From: Accumulibacter sp. | Lineage (GTDB): Bacteria > Pseudomonadota > Gammaproteobacteria > Burkholderiales > Rhodocyclaceae | DNA length: 55,406 nucleotides | Assembly (NCBI RefSeq): GCF_016789985.1 | Contig: NZ_JAEUOL010000054.1 | Span: 1-55,406, forward strand | Direction of reading: 5' to 3' | Shown here: positions 40,283 through 50,252 of the stretch, piece after piece | How the letters are laid out: every line of letters starts with the position of its first letter | Numbering within the stretch: position 1 is the first letter of the stretch | Position numbers and translations under genes: made by a program | The notes under the pieces: model-generated | Told to the model about the DNA's origin: nothing | The model's database searches: none | What the model saw: only the letters and a program-made list of their open reading frames with translations

Positions 40283-40966
40283 CTAGAGAATCTGTTCAAC
40301 CTGCGCGAAGTCGACCCGTCCGATACCGGCCAGCTCGAGTGCAAAGCCTCCCTCGCGTCTTACCAGAGCAGACACCGTGCCAAGCTGTAGCACCTCGCTT
40401 AACACCTTGTCACTGCCACGTACCGCATTCACCGTAAAACGGTAGTTGCCCGGCGGCATGACCTGTCCGGCATCGTTCCTGCCATCCCAGACGAAGCTGA
40501 AGCTGCCCGCATCGCGTGCACCGAGATCCTGGCTCTGAACGATGCTGCCGGTAGCGTCGAGAACCTTCACCGTCACCCGGTCTGCCGGTCCGGCAAGACT
40601 CACCCCACCAGCAGCGCTGCCATTCGCCAGCGCCAGGCGCGAACCCGGCACGAGCACATTCTTGCCGATCAGACCAGTGGCCTGCATCGCTTGCGTCTCG
40701 TTGTAGGTGCCAAGCAGAGACTCGAGTGTCGTGTTGAGCTTCTCGATGCCGGTTACCGTGCTGATCTGTGAAACCTGTGTGGTTACTGCCGCATTGTCGA
40801 GAGGGTTGAGCGGGTCCTGGTTCTTCAACTGGGTGACCAGCAGCTTGAGAAAGCGATTCTGGACTTCCTCACTGGTCGACGCAGAAGCACTGGATGCGCC
40901 CTTGGCCTGCGCATTGAGCGCAGCGAAGGCCTCGCTGGCGGAATTGCCGGATTGCACACTTGCCAT
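40283..40966 (-). CDS. flgD: Flagellar hook capping protein FlgD
   Basis: FLKLLVTQLKNQDPLNP; FVWDG. Confidence 0.97.
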   Translation of the reverse strand: MASVQSGNSASEAFAALNAQAKGASSASASTSEEVQNRFLKLLVTQLKNQDPLNPLDNAAVTTQVSQISTVTGIEKLNTTLESLLGTYNETQAMQATGLIGKNVLVPGSRLALANGSAAGGVSLAGPADRVTVKVLDATGSIVQSQDLGARDAGSFSFVWDGRNDAGQVMPPGNYRFTVNAVRGSDKVLSEVLQLGTVSALVRREGGFALELAGIGRVDFAQVEQIL

Positions 40967-41009
40967 GACTTGCTCCTTGGATATCGGGTTGTGCCTGACC
41001 GATCCTATT

Positions 41010-41414
41010 CTATTGGCCGATGGTCAGCGTCTTGAGCAGCAACTGCTTGGCGGTGTTCATCACCTCGGCGTTGGTCTGGTAAGAGCGTGCCGCCGAGATC
41101 ATGTTGGTCATTTCCTCAGCAACATCCACGTTCGGCATCGCGACGTAGCCTCGCTCGTCGGCCACAGGATTACGTGGGTCATACACCATGCGCCCGGGAG
41201 CACGATCCTCGACCACCTGCGTCACCCGCACACCTTGAGCAGCCGCACTCCCCATCGGTGTCGCCGCAAACACCACCTGTTTGGCGCGATACGGCTTACC
41301 GTCAGGACCGATGATGCTATCTGCATTGGCCAGATTGCTGGCGACCGCGTTGAGGCGCAGCGACTGCGCGGTCAGCGCACTGCCGGCAATGTGAAAAGTA
41401 TTGAACAGACTCAC
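41010..41414 (-). CDS. flgC: Flagellar rod protein FlgC
   Basis: [32 protein letters not shown]. Confidence 0.97.
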   Translation of the reverse strand: MSLFNTFHIAGSALTAQSLRLNAVASNLANADSIIGPDGKPYRAKQVVFAATPMGSAAAQGVRVTQVVEDRAPGRMVYDPRNPVADERGYVAMPNVDVAEEMTNMISAARSYQTNAEVMNTAKQLLLKTLTIGQ

Positions 41415-41416
41415 GC

Positions 41417-41821
41417 CTATTGGCCCTGCAGCGCCGTGATCATGGTCCTGATCTTGCTGTTGATGAAGGTCAGACCAGCCTCATACTGGAATGCATTCTC
41501 GGCGAACCGGGAACGTTCGACATCCATGTCAACCGTATTGCCATCAGCACTTGGCTGGATTGGCTGGCGGTAGAGCAGACGGACCTGGCTGGAGCCCGCA
41601 GCTCCCCCCAGATGTCGGGGAGAGGTGATGGCCAGCAACAGGCTTCCCTCGCGTCGACCACTCAGGACATTTTCCAGCGCAGCGGCAAACTCGAAATCAC
41701 GCGCCTTGTAGTTCGGGGTGTCGGCATTGGCAATGTTTCCTGCCAGCACCTGCTGCCGATTCGCCCGTAGGGTAAGCGCCTGTTGTTGAAGCAGGAAGTT
41801 GCTGTCAAGCTTGCTCGGCAC
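41417..41821 (-). CDS. flgB: Flagellar rod protein FlgB
   Basis: [34 protein letters not shown] start with GGAG RBS. Confidence 0.96.
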   Translation of the reverse strand: MPSKLDSNFLLQQQALTLRANRQQVLAGNIANADTPNYKARDFEFAAALENVLSGRREGSLLLAITSPRHLGGAAGSSQVRLLYRQPIQPSADGNTVDMDVERSRFAENAFQYEAGLTFINSKIRTMITALQGQ

Positions 41822-41857
41822 CGGGATCTCCGCCAACGATTGGTTACCCTGAGCAGA

Positions 41858-41873
41858 AGCAAGCATCATGCCA
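41858..41873 (-). promoter_or_regulatory. Sigma54 promoter of the flgB operon
   Basis: TGGCATGATGCTTGCT -24/-12 consensus. Confidence 0.85.
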
Positions 41874-41929
41874 TGGCATGAGCACTCGCCCAATTGAACC
41901 AGCGGCACCCCCGACCGGCCACCAACCAC

Positions 41930-41962
41930 CGGCAGTTGCCGTATTGCCGGCAAATATTGCCG
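41930..41962. promoter_or_regulatory. Cluster of CGGCAA/TTGCCG sites, candidate FleR upstream activator sequence
   Basis: CGGCAAATATTGCCG at 41948-41962 plus extra TTGCCG half-sites, 60-90 bp upstream of the flgB sigma54 site. Confidence 0.6.
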
Positions 41963-42034
41963 CTAGCGGGGAACAGGCGCGAAGCAGCCGGCCATCCCTT
42001 ACGCGGCGTCGACGGATTGAGGCAAAATGAGGGC

Positions 42035-42751
42035 ATGAACACAAACACCGTCACCCAGCCCTGGCGCCCGCGAGCGAAACCTCCCGCCATGCTGTTTGTC
42101 TTGCTGCTGTCCCTGACGAGCGGTGCAGCACGCGCACAGACATCCTTGTCGGAAGCCATTGACGACTATCTGCGCCAGCAGACACAGGGTTTGCCGGGCA
42201 AGGTGAGTTACACCATTGGTCAACTCGATCAATACGCCAGGCTGACCCCCTGCAACAACTTCGCGCCCTTTCTCCCGGCCGGAAGCCGGCTCTGGGGAAA
42301 CACGACGCTCGGCATACGTTGCCTCGGTCCGACCAGATGGTCGGTCTATGTGCCGGTCCAGATCAAGGTCATGGGAAACTACCTGGTCACTGCCCGGTCG
42401 CTTGCAGCGGGCCAGGTCGTGACTCCAACCGACGTATCTACGCAGCACGGCGATCTCGGCTCACTACCGGCCAGCGCTCTCACCGACCTGTCCCAGGCAC
42501 TCGGCAGAACGGTGCGCAACGGTATCGCGTCGGGCCAGCCGCTACGCGGTGAGCAGTTGACTGCAGCCTGGGTGGTACAGCAAGGGCAAAGTGTCAAACT
42601 GTTATCGGCCGGAGCAGGTTTCATTGTAAGCAACGAAGGAAAGGCGCTCAACAACGCCGCACAGGGTCAGGTCGTGCAGGTCAGGACAGCCTCCGGGCAA
42701 GTGGTCAGTGGTCTGGCCCGCACGGGTGGGGTGGTCGAAGTCTCGTATTGA
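42035..42751 (+). CDS. flgA: Flagellar P-ring chaperone FlgA
   Basis: Signal peptide, SAF-like region, EGKALNNA..GQVVQVRTASG. Divergent from flgB. Confidence 0.93.
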   Translation: MNTNTVTQPWRPRAKPPAMLFVLLLSLTSGAARAQTSLSEAIDDYLRQQTQGLPGKVSYTIGQLDQYARLTPCNNFAPFLPAGSRLWGNTTLGIRCLGPTRWSVYVPVQIKVMGNYLVTARSLAAGQVVTPTDVSTQHGDLGSLPASALTDLSQALGRTVRNGIASGQPLRGEQLTAAWVVQQGQSVKLLSAGAGFIVSNEGKALNNAAQGQVVQVRTASGQVVSGLARTGGVVEVSY

Positions 42752-42784
42752 GCGAACAGCCCCTCTGGATTCTTGAAAAAGTGC

Positions 42785-42811
42785 TAAAGTTTGAATGCTG
42801 TTCGCCGATAC
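42785..42811 (+). promoter_or_regulatory. Sigma28 promoter of flgMN
   Basis: TAAA-N15-GCCGATAC. Confidence 0.88.
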
Positions 42812-42845
42812 CAGGATTGAGTACAACCGTTCAAAGGGCACGACC

Positions 42846-43127
42846 GTGAAGATCGAGAGCACAAGCAGCACCGCAGGCACTGTCGGTGCAACCCGTAATC
42901 GCTCTGCCGGCGCCCAGCCCGTGGCAAGCGCTGCGGCAGAAGTTCATCTGAGTCCGCTCGCAACACAATTGCAGGCACCTGATGATACCGGGGCTTTCGA
43001 TGCCGGACGCGTTTCGGAGATCAAGCAGGCCATCGCGGAAGGCCGCTTCACGATCAATGCCGGAGCCATTGCCGACCACCTGATCGCTTCGGCGAACGAG
43101 CTCGTCGCGTTACGCAACAAGAGCTGA
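42846..43127 (+). CDS. flgM: Anti-sigma28 factor FlgM
   Basis: VHLS...FDAGRVSEIKQAIAEGRFTINAGAIADHLI. Confidence 0.94.
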   Translation: MKIESTSSTAGTVGATRNRSAGAQPVASAAAEVHLSPLATQLQAPDDTGAFDAGRVSEIKQAIAEGRFTINAGAIADHLIASANELVALRNKS

Positions 43128-43153
43128 CTCACCCACGCCGGACACTGCTGTTC

Positions 43154-43618
43154 ATGACACAGCTCCTGCCACTGATCGAAGCCGAGATCGCCACCGTGCG
43201 ATCCTTTGTCGAGCTGCTCGAACAGGAACAGCAGATGCTGATTGACGGCAGCGTCGATCAAATGATGGAATTGCTGCCCAGGAAGAACCTCCTTGGCACA
43301 CGCCTGACCGAGTTCGCCGACCAGCGTAGTCAGGTGCTTGCAGCGGCAGGCTTGAGCGCCGATCGGGTTGGTCTCGACGCCTGGTTTGCATCGCACACCG
43401 AGGAAACCGGGACCCGCACTGCCTGGTCCGTCCTGCTTTCCCTTGCCAGGCAGGCCCGCGAACTCAATCGGGTCAACGGCGAAGTGATCGAGCTTCGCAT
43501 GCAGCACAACTCGCAGGCACTCGACGTCTTGCTCGGCACCACCGGAGCGCTCGGTCTTTACGGTCCCGACGGACAGGGCATCCCGGCCAGCGGTCGCCGC
43601 ATCAGCGACCGCGCCTAG
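43154..43618 (+). CDS. flgN: Flagellar chaperone FlgN
   Basis: Helical protein with ARELNRVNG and LYGPDG, following flgM. Confidence 0.92.
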   Translation: MTQLLPLIEAEIATVRSFVELLEQEQQMLIDGSVDQMMELLPRKNLLGTRLTEFADQRSQVLAAAGLSADRVGLDAWFASHTEETGTRTAWSVLLSLARQARELNRVNGEVIELRMQHNSQALDVLLGTTGALGLYGPDGQGIPASGRRISDRA

Positions 43619-43633
43619 CCTGGCCGGTTTCGC

Positions 43634-44440
43634 CTAACGCGTGCTTCCCCGCGGAGCACCCCCCGGAACCACCGTTTGCGCCTGCAATTCAAGCTCGGTC
43701 CCTTTTTCCGGAATCTCCGAATCGATCAGAATGGTCACCCGACGATTGCGCGCCCGGCCATCGGCCAGCACATTGGGTTCGACCGGGCGAGTATCGGCAT
43801 AGCCAATGGCGGTCAAGCGTTCGGCGGCAATGCCGGCGTCGGCAAACAAACGCAGGACCGTCGTCGCACGGACCGCGGAGAGCTCCCAGTTGGAAGGGAA
43901 CTGAGCGGTACTGATCGGCACGTTGTCGGTGTGTCCCTCGATCGTGATCGGAAAATCCGAGGCCACCAGTACCTCGGCGACCGATTGCATGGCTTTGGCC
44001 AACGGCGGCTGCAGCAAGGCCTGACCCGGTGAAAAGAGGATGCTGTCGTTGATCTCGATGCTTACGCCACGGCTCGTTTCGAGCACCCGCACCTTGCCCT
44101 GCTCGATCAGCGGCGCCATCACCTCGAGAATGTTCTTGGCGACATTCCGCATCTTGTCACGCTCCTTCTGGCGTACCGGTTCGGATGATTTGCTCGACAG
44201 GTTCGTTTTCGCGGCTGCGGGAGTCGGGATCACCGTCGGCGTCTGCCCCACGCTATTGACCGTCACGTTGCGAAAAGCGCTGATCATCGAGTTGCTCAAA
44301 ATGCGGTATTTGCCCTCATTCACCGAAGAAAGCGCATACATCACGACAAAGAAAGCGAACAGGAGGGTGATGAAATCAGCATAAGACACGAGCCAGCGTT
44401 CGTGATTGTCGCGCTCCTCTTCGTGTTTGCGTCGTGCCAT
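43634..44440 (-). CDS. motD: Flagellar stator protein MotB/MotD
   Basis: HERWLVSYADFITLLFAFF; OmpA-like IEGHTD, SNWELS, RNRRV. Confidence 0.9.
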   Translation of the reverse strand: MARRKHEEERDNHERWLVSYADFITLLFAFFVVMYALSSVNEGKYRILSNSMISAFRNVTVNSVGQTPTVIPTPAAAKTNLSSKSSEPVRQKERDKMRNVAKNILEVMAPLIEQGKVRVLETSRGVSIEINDSILFSPGQALLQPPLAKAMQSVAEVLVASDFPITIEGHTDNVPISTAQFPSNWELSAVRATTVLRLFADAGIAAERLTAIGYADTRPVEPNVLADGRARNRRVTILIDSEIPEKGTELELQAQTVVPGGAPRGSTR

Positions 44441-44444
44441 CGGG

Positions 44445-45185
44445 CTAGAAGATGTAACCGCGCAGACGGCTCTCGATAATCCTGGGGTTATCACCGTTGG
44501 CGATACCCACCAAGCCATCGACGATCATTTCCCGCTGCACGATCAAGCGATTGATGTGTGTCTTGAGTTTGCTGGCAACCGGCAGGTAGACCAGATTGGC
44601 CAGGCCAACGCCATAGATCGTTGCCACGAAGGCGACGGCAATGCCGGCACCGAGCTTCGAAGGGTCGGACAAATTCTCCATCACATGAATCAGTCCCAAC
44701 ACGGCGCCAAGGATCCCGATCGTCGGTGAGTAACCACCGGCTGCCTCCCAGATGCGTGCGGCCAGCTTCATTTCCTGTTCAAAGGTGTTGATCTCGACCT
44801 CCATCACTTCGCGCAGCCTTTCCGGCTCAGCACCGTCGACCAGCAGTTGCAGGCCCTTGCGAATGAACTCGTCCTTCAATTGACTGACGATCGCATCCAG
44901 TGCCAGCAAACCCTCGCGCCGCGAAACCTGGCTCCAGCTCGATACCTGCTGAATCAACTGGGGATGATTGACCACTGGGGGATACCAGATCCACTTCACC
45001 ATGCGCATGCCGCGCAGAAAGGTGGCGTAGGGGCTCTGCAACATGACCGCACCCAGCGTGCCACCAACAACGATCAGCAGGGCGGTTGGCTGTGCCAGTG
45101 ATCCGAGATGCCCGCCTTCGAGGATTTGACCGCCGACGATCGCCAGGAGACCGACCAGCAACCCGATGATGCTCGTTCTATCCAT
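44445..45185 (-). CDS. motC: Flagellar stator protein MotA/MotC
   Basis: RREGLLAL, GLQLLVDG, PTIGILGAVLGLI, AFVATIYG. Confidence 0.9.
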   Translation of the reverse strand: MDRTSIIGLLVGLLAIVGGQILEGGHLGSLAQPTALLIVVGGTLGAVMLQSPYATFLRGMRMVKWIWYPPVVNHPQLIQQVSSWSQVSRREGLLALDAIVSQLKDEFIRKGLQLLVDGAEPERLREVMEVEINTFEQEMKLAARIWEAAGGYSPTIGILGAVLGLIHVMENLSDPSKLGAGIAVAFVATIYGVGLANLVYLPVASKLKTHINRLIVQREMIVDGLVGIANGDNPRIIESRLRGYIF

Positions 45186-45924
45186 GCCGCCCGATCTTCG
45201 GCACCTGCCTGTCGGTGCATTCGAACAAGCGGGCACGCAGTCTCATCACTGCCTGACTGTGCAACTGGCAGACACGCGATTCGGAGACACCGATGACCTC
45301 GCCGATTTCACGCAAATTCAGGTCCTGCTCGTAATAAAGTGCCATCATCAGCCGTTCGCGCTCCGGCAACGACTCGATGGCCTGTACCAGTCTTTGCCGC
45401 AGATTCTCGTCCTCAAACAGCCTGGCAGGGTCTGCTGCTTCATCCACCAGATGACGTTCGAGAAAATCTTCGCCGCGCTCGGTGACCATGTCCTCGAGAT
45501 AGACGAGTTGATGCCCGCGAACCTCCTGCAACATCTCCTGGTAGTCGGCAAGAACCATGCCCAAAGAATCGGCAAGCTCGGTTTCCGTTGGTGCGCGACC
45601 ACATTCCTGCTCCAGTTGCGCGATGGCAGCTTCGATACGCCGACAGTTCCGTCGCACGCTGCGCGGTAACCAGTCGTTGTCGCGCAGCCCGTCAAGCATT
45701 GCCCCGCGCACGCGCTGCGCCGCATAGACCTCAAATTGAGCACCAATCCCCGCCTCAAAACGGCCGATTGCGTCCAGCAGGCCAAGCATGCCGTTCTGTA
45801 CCAGATCGTCGACCTGCACGCTCGCCGGCAGACGAGCGACCAAGTGACAGGCGATGCGCTTGACCAGCGGAGCGAAGCGCTGGATCAGCTGATCTTTGTT
45901 GAGCTGACCAGCAGCGTTATACAT
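45178..45924 (-). CDS. fliA: Flagellar sigma factor FliA (sigma28)
   Basis: LVKRIA, RVRGAMLDGLR, DWLPRSVR, VSESRVCQLHSQA. Confidence 0.97.
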   Translation of the reverse strand: MYNAAGQLNKDQLIQRFAPLVKRIACHLVARLPASVQVDDLVQNGMLGLLDAIGRFEAGIGAQFEVYAAQRVRGAMLDGLRDNDWLPRSVRRNCRRIEAAIAQLEQECGRAPTETELADSLGMVLADYQEMLQEVRGHQLVYLEDMVTERGEDFLERHLVDEAADPARLFEDENLRQRLVQAIESLPERERLMMALYYEQDLNLREIGEVIGVSESRVCQLHSQAVMRLRARLFECTDRQVPKIGRHG

Positions 45925-45941
45925 GCGTCGTGGAGGAGCTA

Positions 45942-46826
45942 TCAGGCGTAGATAGCCGTCGGATTCATTCGTTGGCTCAAGTTTAGCAGCAGTTGGACAA
46001 AATGTTGGAGGCCTCCAGAATCAGTGTGGTCCACCGGCCAGTTCAACAAGTCGTCAGCGACCTGCTGATAGGCTCTGGCAGCCGGTGACTCGGGAAACAA
46101 CGCGGTGACCGGTTGGCACAGCCGTGCCGCCTGACGCAGATATTCATCGAACGGAACATGCCCCGCGTAATCGAGACGCGCCAGCCCGCGGTTATCACTC
46201 ACGCGCGCCATGTTGTCATGGATGGCCCGTGCCTCGCCGCCACCGTGCGCCTTGTTCACGAGGATGCGGAACTGCTTGCGCGCGTACCCCAGACTCACTT
46301 TCTTGATCAGGATGTAGGCCTCGGTAATCGCCTGCACATCCGGCGAGACGACGATTACCGTTTCCTGCGCCGCGAGGCCCAGCGGGGAAAAACCCAGTGG
46401 ATGGTCGAGCGAGGCATCGACCAGTACAACGTCAGGCTGGGGGACAATCTCCGCTAGGCAGGTGAGCAGAACGCGTTGCTCGGCAGCGCTCAACCGGGCC
46501 AGATGTCTGACCACCGTGGCCGCCGGCAGAATCCGGATACGCGGCGCGACCGCCACCAGCACCTCGGAAATCGGCTTCTCCCGGGTAATTGCCTGCTGCA
46601 GATCATGTGCGGCAAAGGCTCCGTGGTAGGCGGCGATGCCATCCTCAGCATGTTCGTCGACCACCAGCACTTCCCTGTCGACGCGAGCCAGCGCCGCAGC
46701 GAGATTGGCCACCGACGCACTCTTGCCGACACCGATGCTGCCTGCGGCAAAGGTGATGATCCGCAACTGTGGGCGCCCCAGCAGGCGGCGCAATCCGGCC
46801 GCCTGATCGCCACGAAAATCAGCCAC
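45942..46826 (-). CDS. flhG: FlhG/FleN MinD-like ATPase
   Basis: DQAAGLRRL N-terminus, deviant Walker A GSIGVGKS, AITEAY. Lies between flhF and fliA. Confidence 0.9.
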   Translation of the reverse strand: MADFRGDQAAGLRRLLGRPQLRIITFAAGSIGVGKSASVANLAAALARVDREVLVVDEHAEDGIAAYHGAFAAHDLQQAITREKPISEVLVAVAPRIRILPAATVVRHLARLSAAEQRVLLTCLAEIVPQPDVVLVDASLDHPLGFSPLGLAAQETVIVVSPDVQAITEAYILIKKVSLGYARKQFRILVNKAHGGGEARAIHDNMARVSDNRGLARLDYAGHVPFDEYLRQAARLCQPVTALFPESPAARAYQQVADDLLNWPVDHTDSGGLQHFVQLLLNLSQRMNPTAIYA

Positions 46827-48171
46827 GTTGGCCTCCTGCGGCGAGCACGCCGGCAGCGGCGCTGGCCATCATCAAACCGGGCTCAACACCCGCCAGACGA
46901 TGTGGCGAGAGTTCAGGCAGGTCCCTGAAGGCGCGATGCAACAGGTAGGCGCGATTCGGCAAATGAAGATCTTCGGGCACCCGCTGCCCATTCGAAACAT
47001 AGTACAGGCGCAATCCATGCCGAATGATCACGTCAAGCGAAGAAGCCAGACTCGCTGCCTCATCGACCTTGGTCAGCACGCAGCCAGCGACCTCCAGACC
47101 ACCATAGGCACGCACGACATCGTCCAGGTTATCGCCGCGACCGGTCGCTGACAGCAGCAGCAGGGACTTGACATGGCTGTCGCCAAACATTGCCACCTGC
47201 TCACTGACCAAGCGATCTCGCTGGCTCATCCCCATGGTGTCGATCAACACCATGTGCGTATGCTGCAGGTCGCGCAGCGTCGCCCGCAGGTCCCTCGCAT
47301 CACGCGCCAGGTGCACCGGCACACCCAGGATGCGGCCATAGATCCGCAACTGTTCGTGCGCCCCGATGCGGTAACCATCGGTCGTCACCAGGGCCAGCTT
47401 TCTCGCTCCATGCCGGAGGACGCAGCGGGCCGCCAGCTTGGCCGTGGTGGTCGTCTTGCCGACGCCGGTCGGCCCCACCAGAGCATAGATACCACCCTGA
47501 TCGACGATGTCGGTCTCGCTGTCGATGGTCATCATGTCGCGCTCGGCGCGGCTCCTGACCCACGTCAATGCCTGTCCGACGTCCAGATGGCGCGGCAGGT
47601 CGGCGAGCAGTTCACGCGCAAACTGCGGCGAAAAGCCGGCATCGAGCATTTGGCGCAGCATCTCCGTCTTCACCGGCTCGGCCCGCGCCGATTCACCCCA
47701 GGCGAAACCCGCGAGCTGCTGCTCGACGATCCTGCGCAGGCAGCGAATCTCCTCCATCACCACGGCAGGAACCACTTCCGCCTCGCCTTTCGCCGTGTTC
47801 CCGTCCGGCCGTCGGGAAACTTCACATTGCGGCATCGAACGTGCCGCAAGCGGCGGTAGCGGACGAGTCGGGCGGACATCGGGCTGCCCACTGTCGGGTC
47901 CTGCCGGCCGTCCCCCTGCGCTCTCGGCACCCGCGACCGACTCTGGCGACGGACCAACAGCCGATGCGCCGACGTGTTCCAAGCCGTACGTCCGGCTCGC
48001 TTCGCGCGGTGGCGGCACGATCATCTCCATGTCCCGAGCGGCGACCGCCATGATCTCGACGCCTCCGGGAATTCCGCGATTGGATAGAATGATCGCGTCC
48101 GGTCCGAGCGTCTCCCTGACCTTGCGCAAAGCGTCGCGCGCTGTCGCCGCAATGAATTTCCTGACATTCAT
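46819..48171 (-). CDS. flhF: SRP-like GTPase FlhF
   Basis: GPTGVGKTTT, DGYRIGAHEQL, IDTMG, TKVDE, GQRVPEDL. Confidence 0.96.
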   Translation of the reverse strand: MNVRKFIAATARDALRKVRETLGPDAIILSNRGIPGGVEIMAVAARDMEMIVPPPREASRTYGLEHVGASAVGPSPESVAGAESAGGRPAGPDSGQPDVRPTRPLPPLAARSMPQCEVSRRPDGNTAKGEAEVVPAVVMEEIRCLRRIVEQQLAGFAWGESARAEPVKTEMLRQMLDAGFSPQFARELLADLPRHLDVGQALTWVRSRAERDMMTIDSETDIVDQGGIYALVGPTGVGKTTTTAKLAARCVLRHGARKLALVTTDGYRIGAHEQLRIYGRILGVPVHLARDARDLRATLRDLQHTHMVLIDTMGMSQRDRLVSEQVAMFGDSHVKSLLLLSATGRGDNLDDVVRAYGGLEVAGCVLTKVDEAASLASSLDVIIRHGLRLYYVSNGQRVPEDLHLPNRAYLLHRAFRDLPELSPHRLAGVEPGLMMASAAAGVLAAGGQRG

Positions 48172-50252
48172 GCTCTCTGCCCGATAATGGAAGTCACTTT
48201 GATGATGCGGTTCTCGGGCACCTCGGCGTGTGCCAGAACCTTCAACTGCGGAACGCTGCGGCGCAGAAAGCGCGACAGCAAGGTGCGCAGGGCGCCCGAA
48301 ACCAGCAAGACCACCGGCAAACCTGCCTCTTCCTGCCGCTGTGCCGCGGCAACCGTCTCCCGCACCAGGGTGTCCGCCAGACCCGGTTCGATCCCGACGC
48401 TGTCGCCGCCACCGCCAACCGCCTGTTGCAGCAGACGCTCAAGCTGGGGATCGAGCGAGATTACCGGCATTTCGACGCCCCCGGGGAAGAGCTCCTGGAC
48501 GATCGACCGGCCGAGTGCGATGCGCACCTGCGCCGACAACACCTCCGCATCCTGCGAGCGTGGCGCGCCGTCCGCCAGAGTTTCGATGATGGTTCGCTTG
48601 TCGCGCAACGATACGCCCTCTTCCAGCAGATTGCGCAAGACCTTCTGCACCGTTCCGAGCGACAGTGCCTTGGGCACCACATCCTCAACCAGTTTCGGGA
48701 TTTCCTTCGCCAGGTGATCGAGCAGGGCCTGCACCTCCTGCCGGCCAAGCAGTTCGGCCGCATGCGAGAGGATCAGATGATTGAGGTGGGTCGCAACCAC
48801 GGTGCTCGGGTCAACCACCGTGTAGCCAAACGCTTGCGCCTGCTCGCGTGCGGCCGCATTGATCCACACCGCAGGGAGGCCGAACGCCGGATCCTTCGTT
48901 GCGGTGCCCGACACCTGCCCTGCCACCCGTCCCGGATTGATCGCCAACAGGCTACCCGGAAAGGCTTCTCCCTCGCCGATCTCGACGCCTTTGAGGAGAA
49001 TCTTATAGGCGTTGGGTTTCAGCTCAAGGTTGTCGCGTATGTGCACCGGCGAGACGAGAAATCCCACATCCTGCGCGAATTTCTTGCGAATACCGCGGAT
49101 GCGGCGCAATAATTCGCCGTCCTGCGCCTTATCGACCAAGGGAATCAAGCGATAACCGACCTCCAGACCAAGCACGTCGAGTGGCGTCACATCGGCCCAG
49201 CTAGCCTCCTGCACATCGCGCGTCACCGCCGGCGCAACGGCGACAGGCTGCGGCCGCGCCGTCGTCTGATGCTTGTCCAGCCGCCAAGCAGCAACCGCCA
49301 GGCCACCAGCCAGTAACAGGAAAACGAAATTCGGCATTCCCGGAATCAGCCCGAGCAAGCCGATGATCCCCGCCGTCAGCCAGAGCAACTTCGGGTTGCT
49401 GAAAAGTTGTGCAGCGAACTGCTGCGAAACATCCTGCTCGTCGCCGACTCGCGTCACCACCATACCAGCGGCGATCGATACGATCAGTGCCGGAATCTGG
49501 GCCACCAGACCATCACCAATCGTCAGTAGAGTGTAGGTTCGCGCAGCCGTTCCGATGTCGAGGCCGTGCTGGAAGACGCCGACGAAAAGACCACCGACAA
49601 CGTTGATCAGCATGATCAGGATGCCGGCCACCGCATCGCCGCGAACAAACTTCGAAGCACCGTCCATCGAGCCGAAGAAGTCCGCCTCCTGAGCGATTGT
49701 CGAGCGCCGCTTGCGCGCCTCGTCCTCACCGATCAGGCCTGCGTTGAGATCGGCGTCGATTGCCATCTGCTTGCCGGGCATGGCATCAAGTGTAAACCGC
49801 GCGGCCACCTCGGCAACCCGTCCGGCACCCTTGGTAATGACCACGAAATTGATGATCACCAGGATCGTGAAAACCACCAGTCCGACTCCGTAGTTACCGC
49901 CGACCAGAAAGTGCCCGAAGGCTTCGATGACCTGCCCGGCAGCGGCCGGACCGGTATGCCCTTCGAGCAGGACTACCCGTGTCGAGGCAACGTTCAGGGA
50001 CAGTCGGAGCAGGGTCGTAACCAACAGCACCGTCGGGAACACCGAGAAATCAAGTGGCTTCATCACGCTCATGGCGACCAGCATGACGATCACCGAGATG
50101 GCGATATTAAAAGTAAAGAACAGGTCGAGCAGGAAAGGCGGTAGCGGCAACACCATCATTGCCAGGATCAGCAGAATCAGCAACGGCCCGGCCAGTTGCC
50201 GCTGGCCAAAGCGCACGAAGAGGTCCTGCAGCGCGATGCTGGGATCAGCCAT
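48168..50252 (-). CDS. flhA: Flagellar export protein FlhA
   Basis: RLSLNVASTR, ARFTLDAMPGKQMAIDADL, GSMDGASKFVRGDA. Confidence 0.98.
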   Translation of the reverse strand: MADPSIALQDLFVRFGQRQLAGPLLILLILAMMVLPLPPFLLDLFFTFNIAISVIVMLVAMSVMKPLDFSVFPTVLLVTTLLRLSLNVASTRVVLLEGHTGPAAAGQVIEAFGHFLVGGNYGVGLVVFTILVIINFVVITKGAGRVAEVAARFTLDAMPGKQMAIDADLNAGLIGEDEARKRRSTIAQEADFFGSMDGASKFVRGDAVAGILIMLINVVGGLFVGVFQHGLDIGTAARTYTLLTIGDGLVAQIPALIVSIAAGMVVTRVGDEQDVSQQFAAQLFSNPKLLWLTAGIIGLLGLIPGMPNFVFLLLAGGLAVAAWRLDKHQTTARPQPVAVAPAVTRDVQEASWADVTPLDVLGLEVGYRLIPLVDKAQDGELLRRIRGIRKKFAQDVGFLVSPVHIRDNLELKPNAYKILLKGVEIGEGEAFPGSLLAINPGRVAGQVSGTATKDPAFGLPAVWINAAAREQAQAFGYTVVDPSTVVATHLNHLILSHAAELLGRQEVQALLDHLAKEIPKLVEDVVPKALSLGTVQKVLRNLLEEGVSLRDKRTIIETLADGAPRSQDAEVLSAQVRIALGRSIVQELFPGGVEMPVISLDPQLERLLQQAVGGGGDSVGIEPGLADTLVRETVAAAQRQEEAGLPVVLLVSGALRTLLSRFLRRSVPQLKVLAHAEVPENRIIKVTSIIGQRA

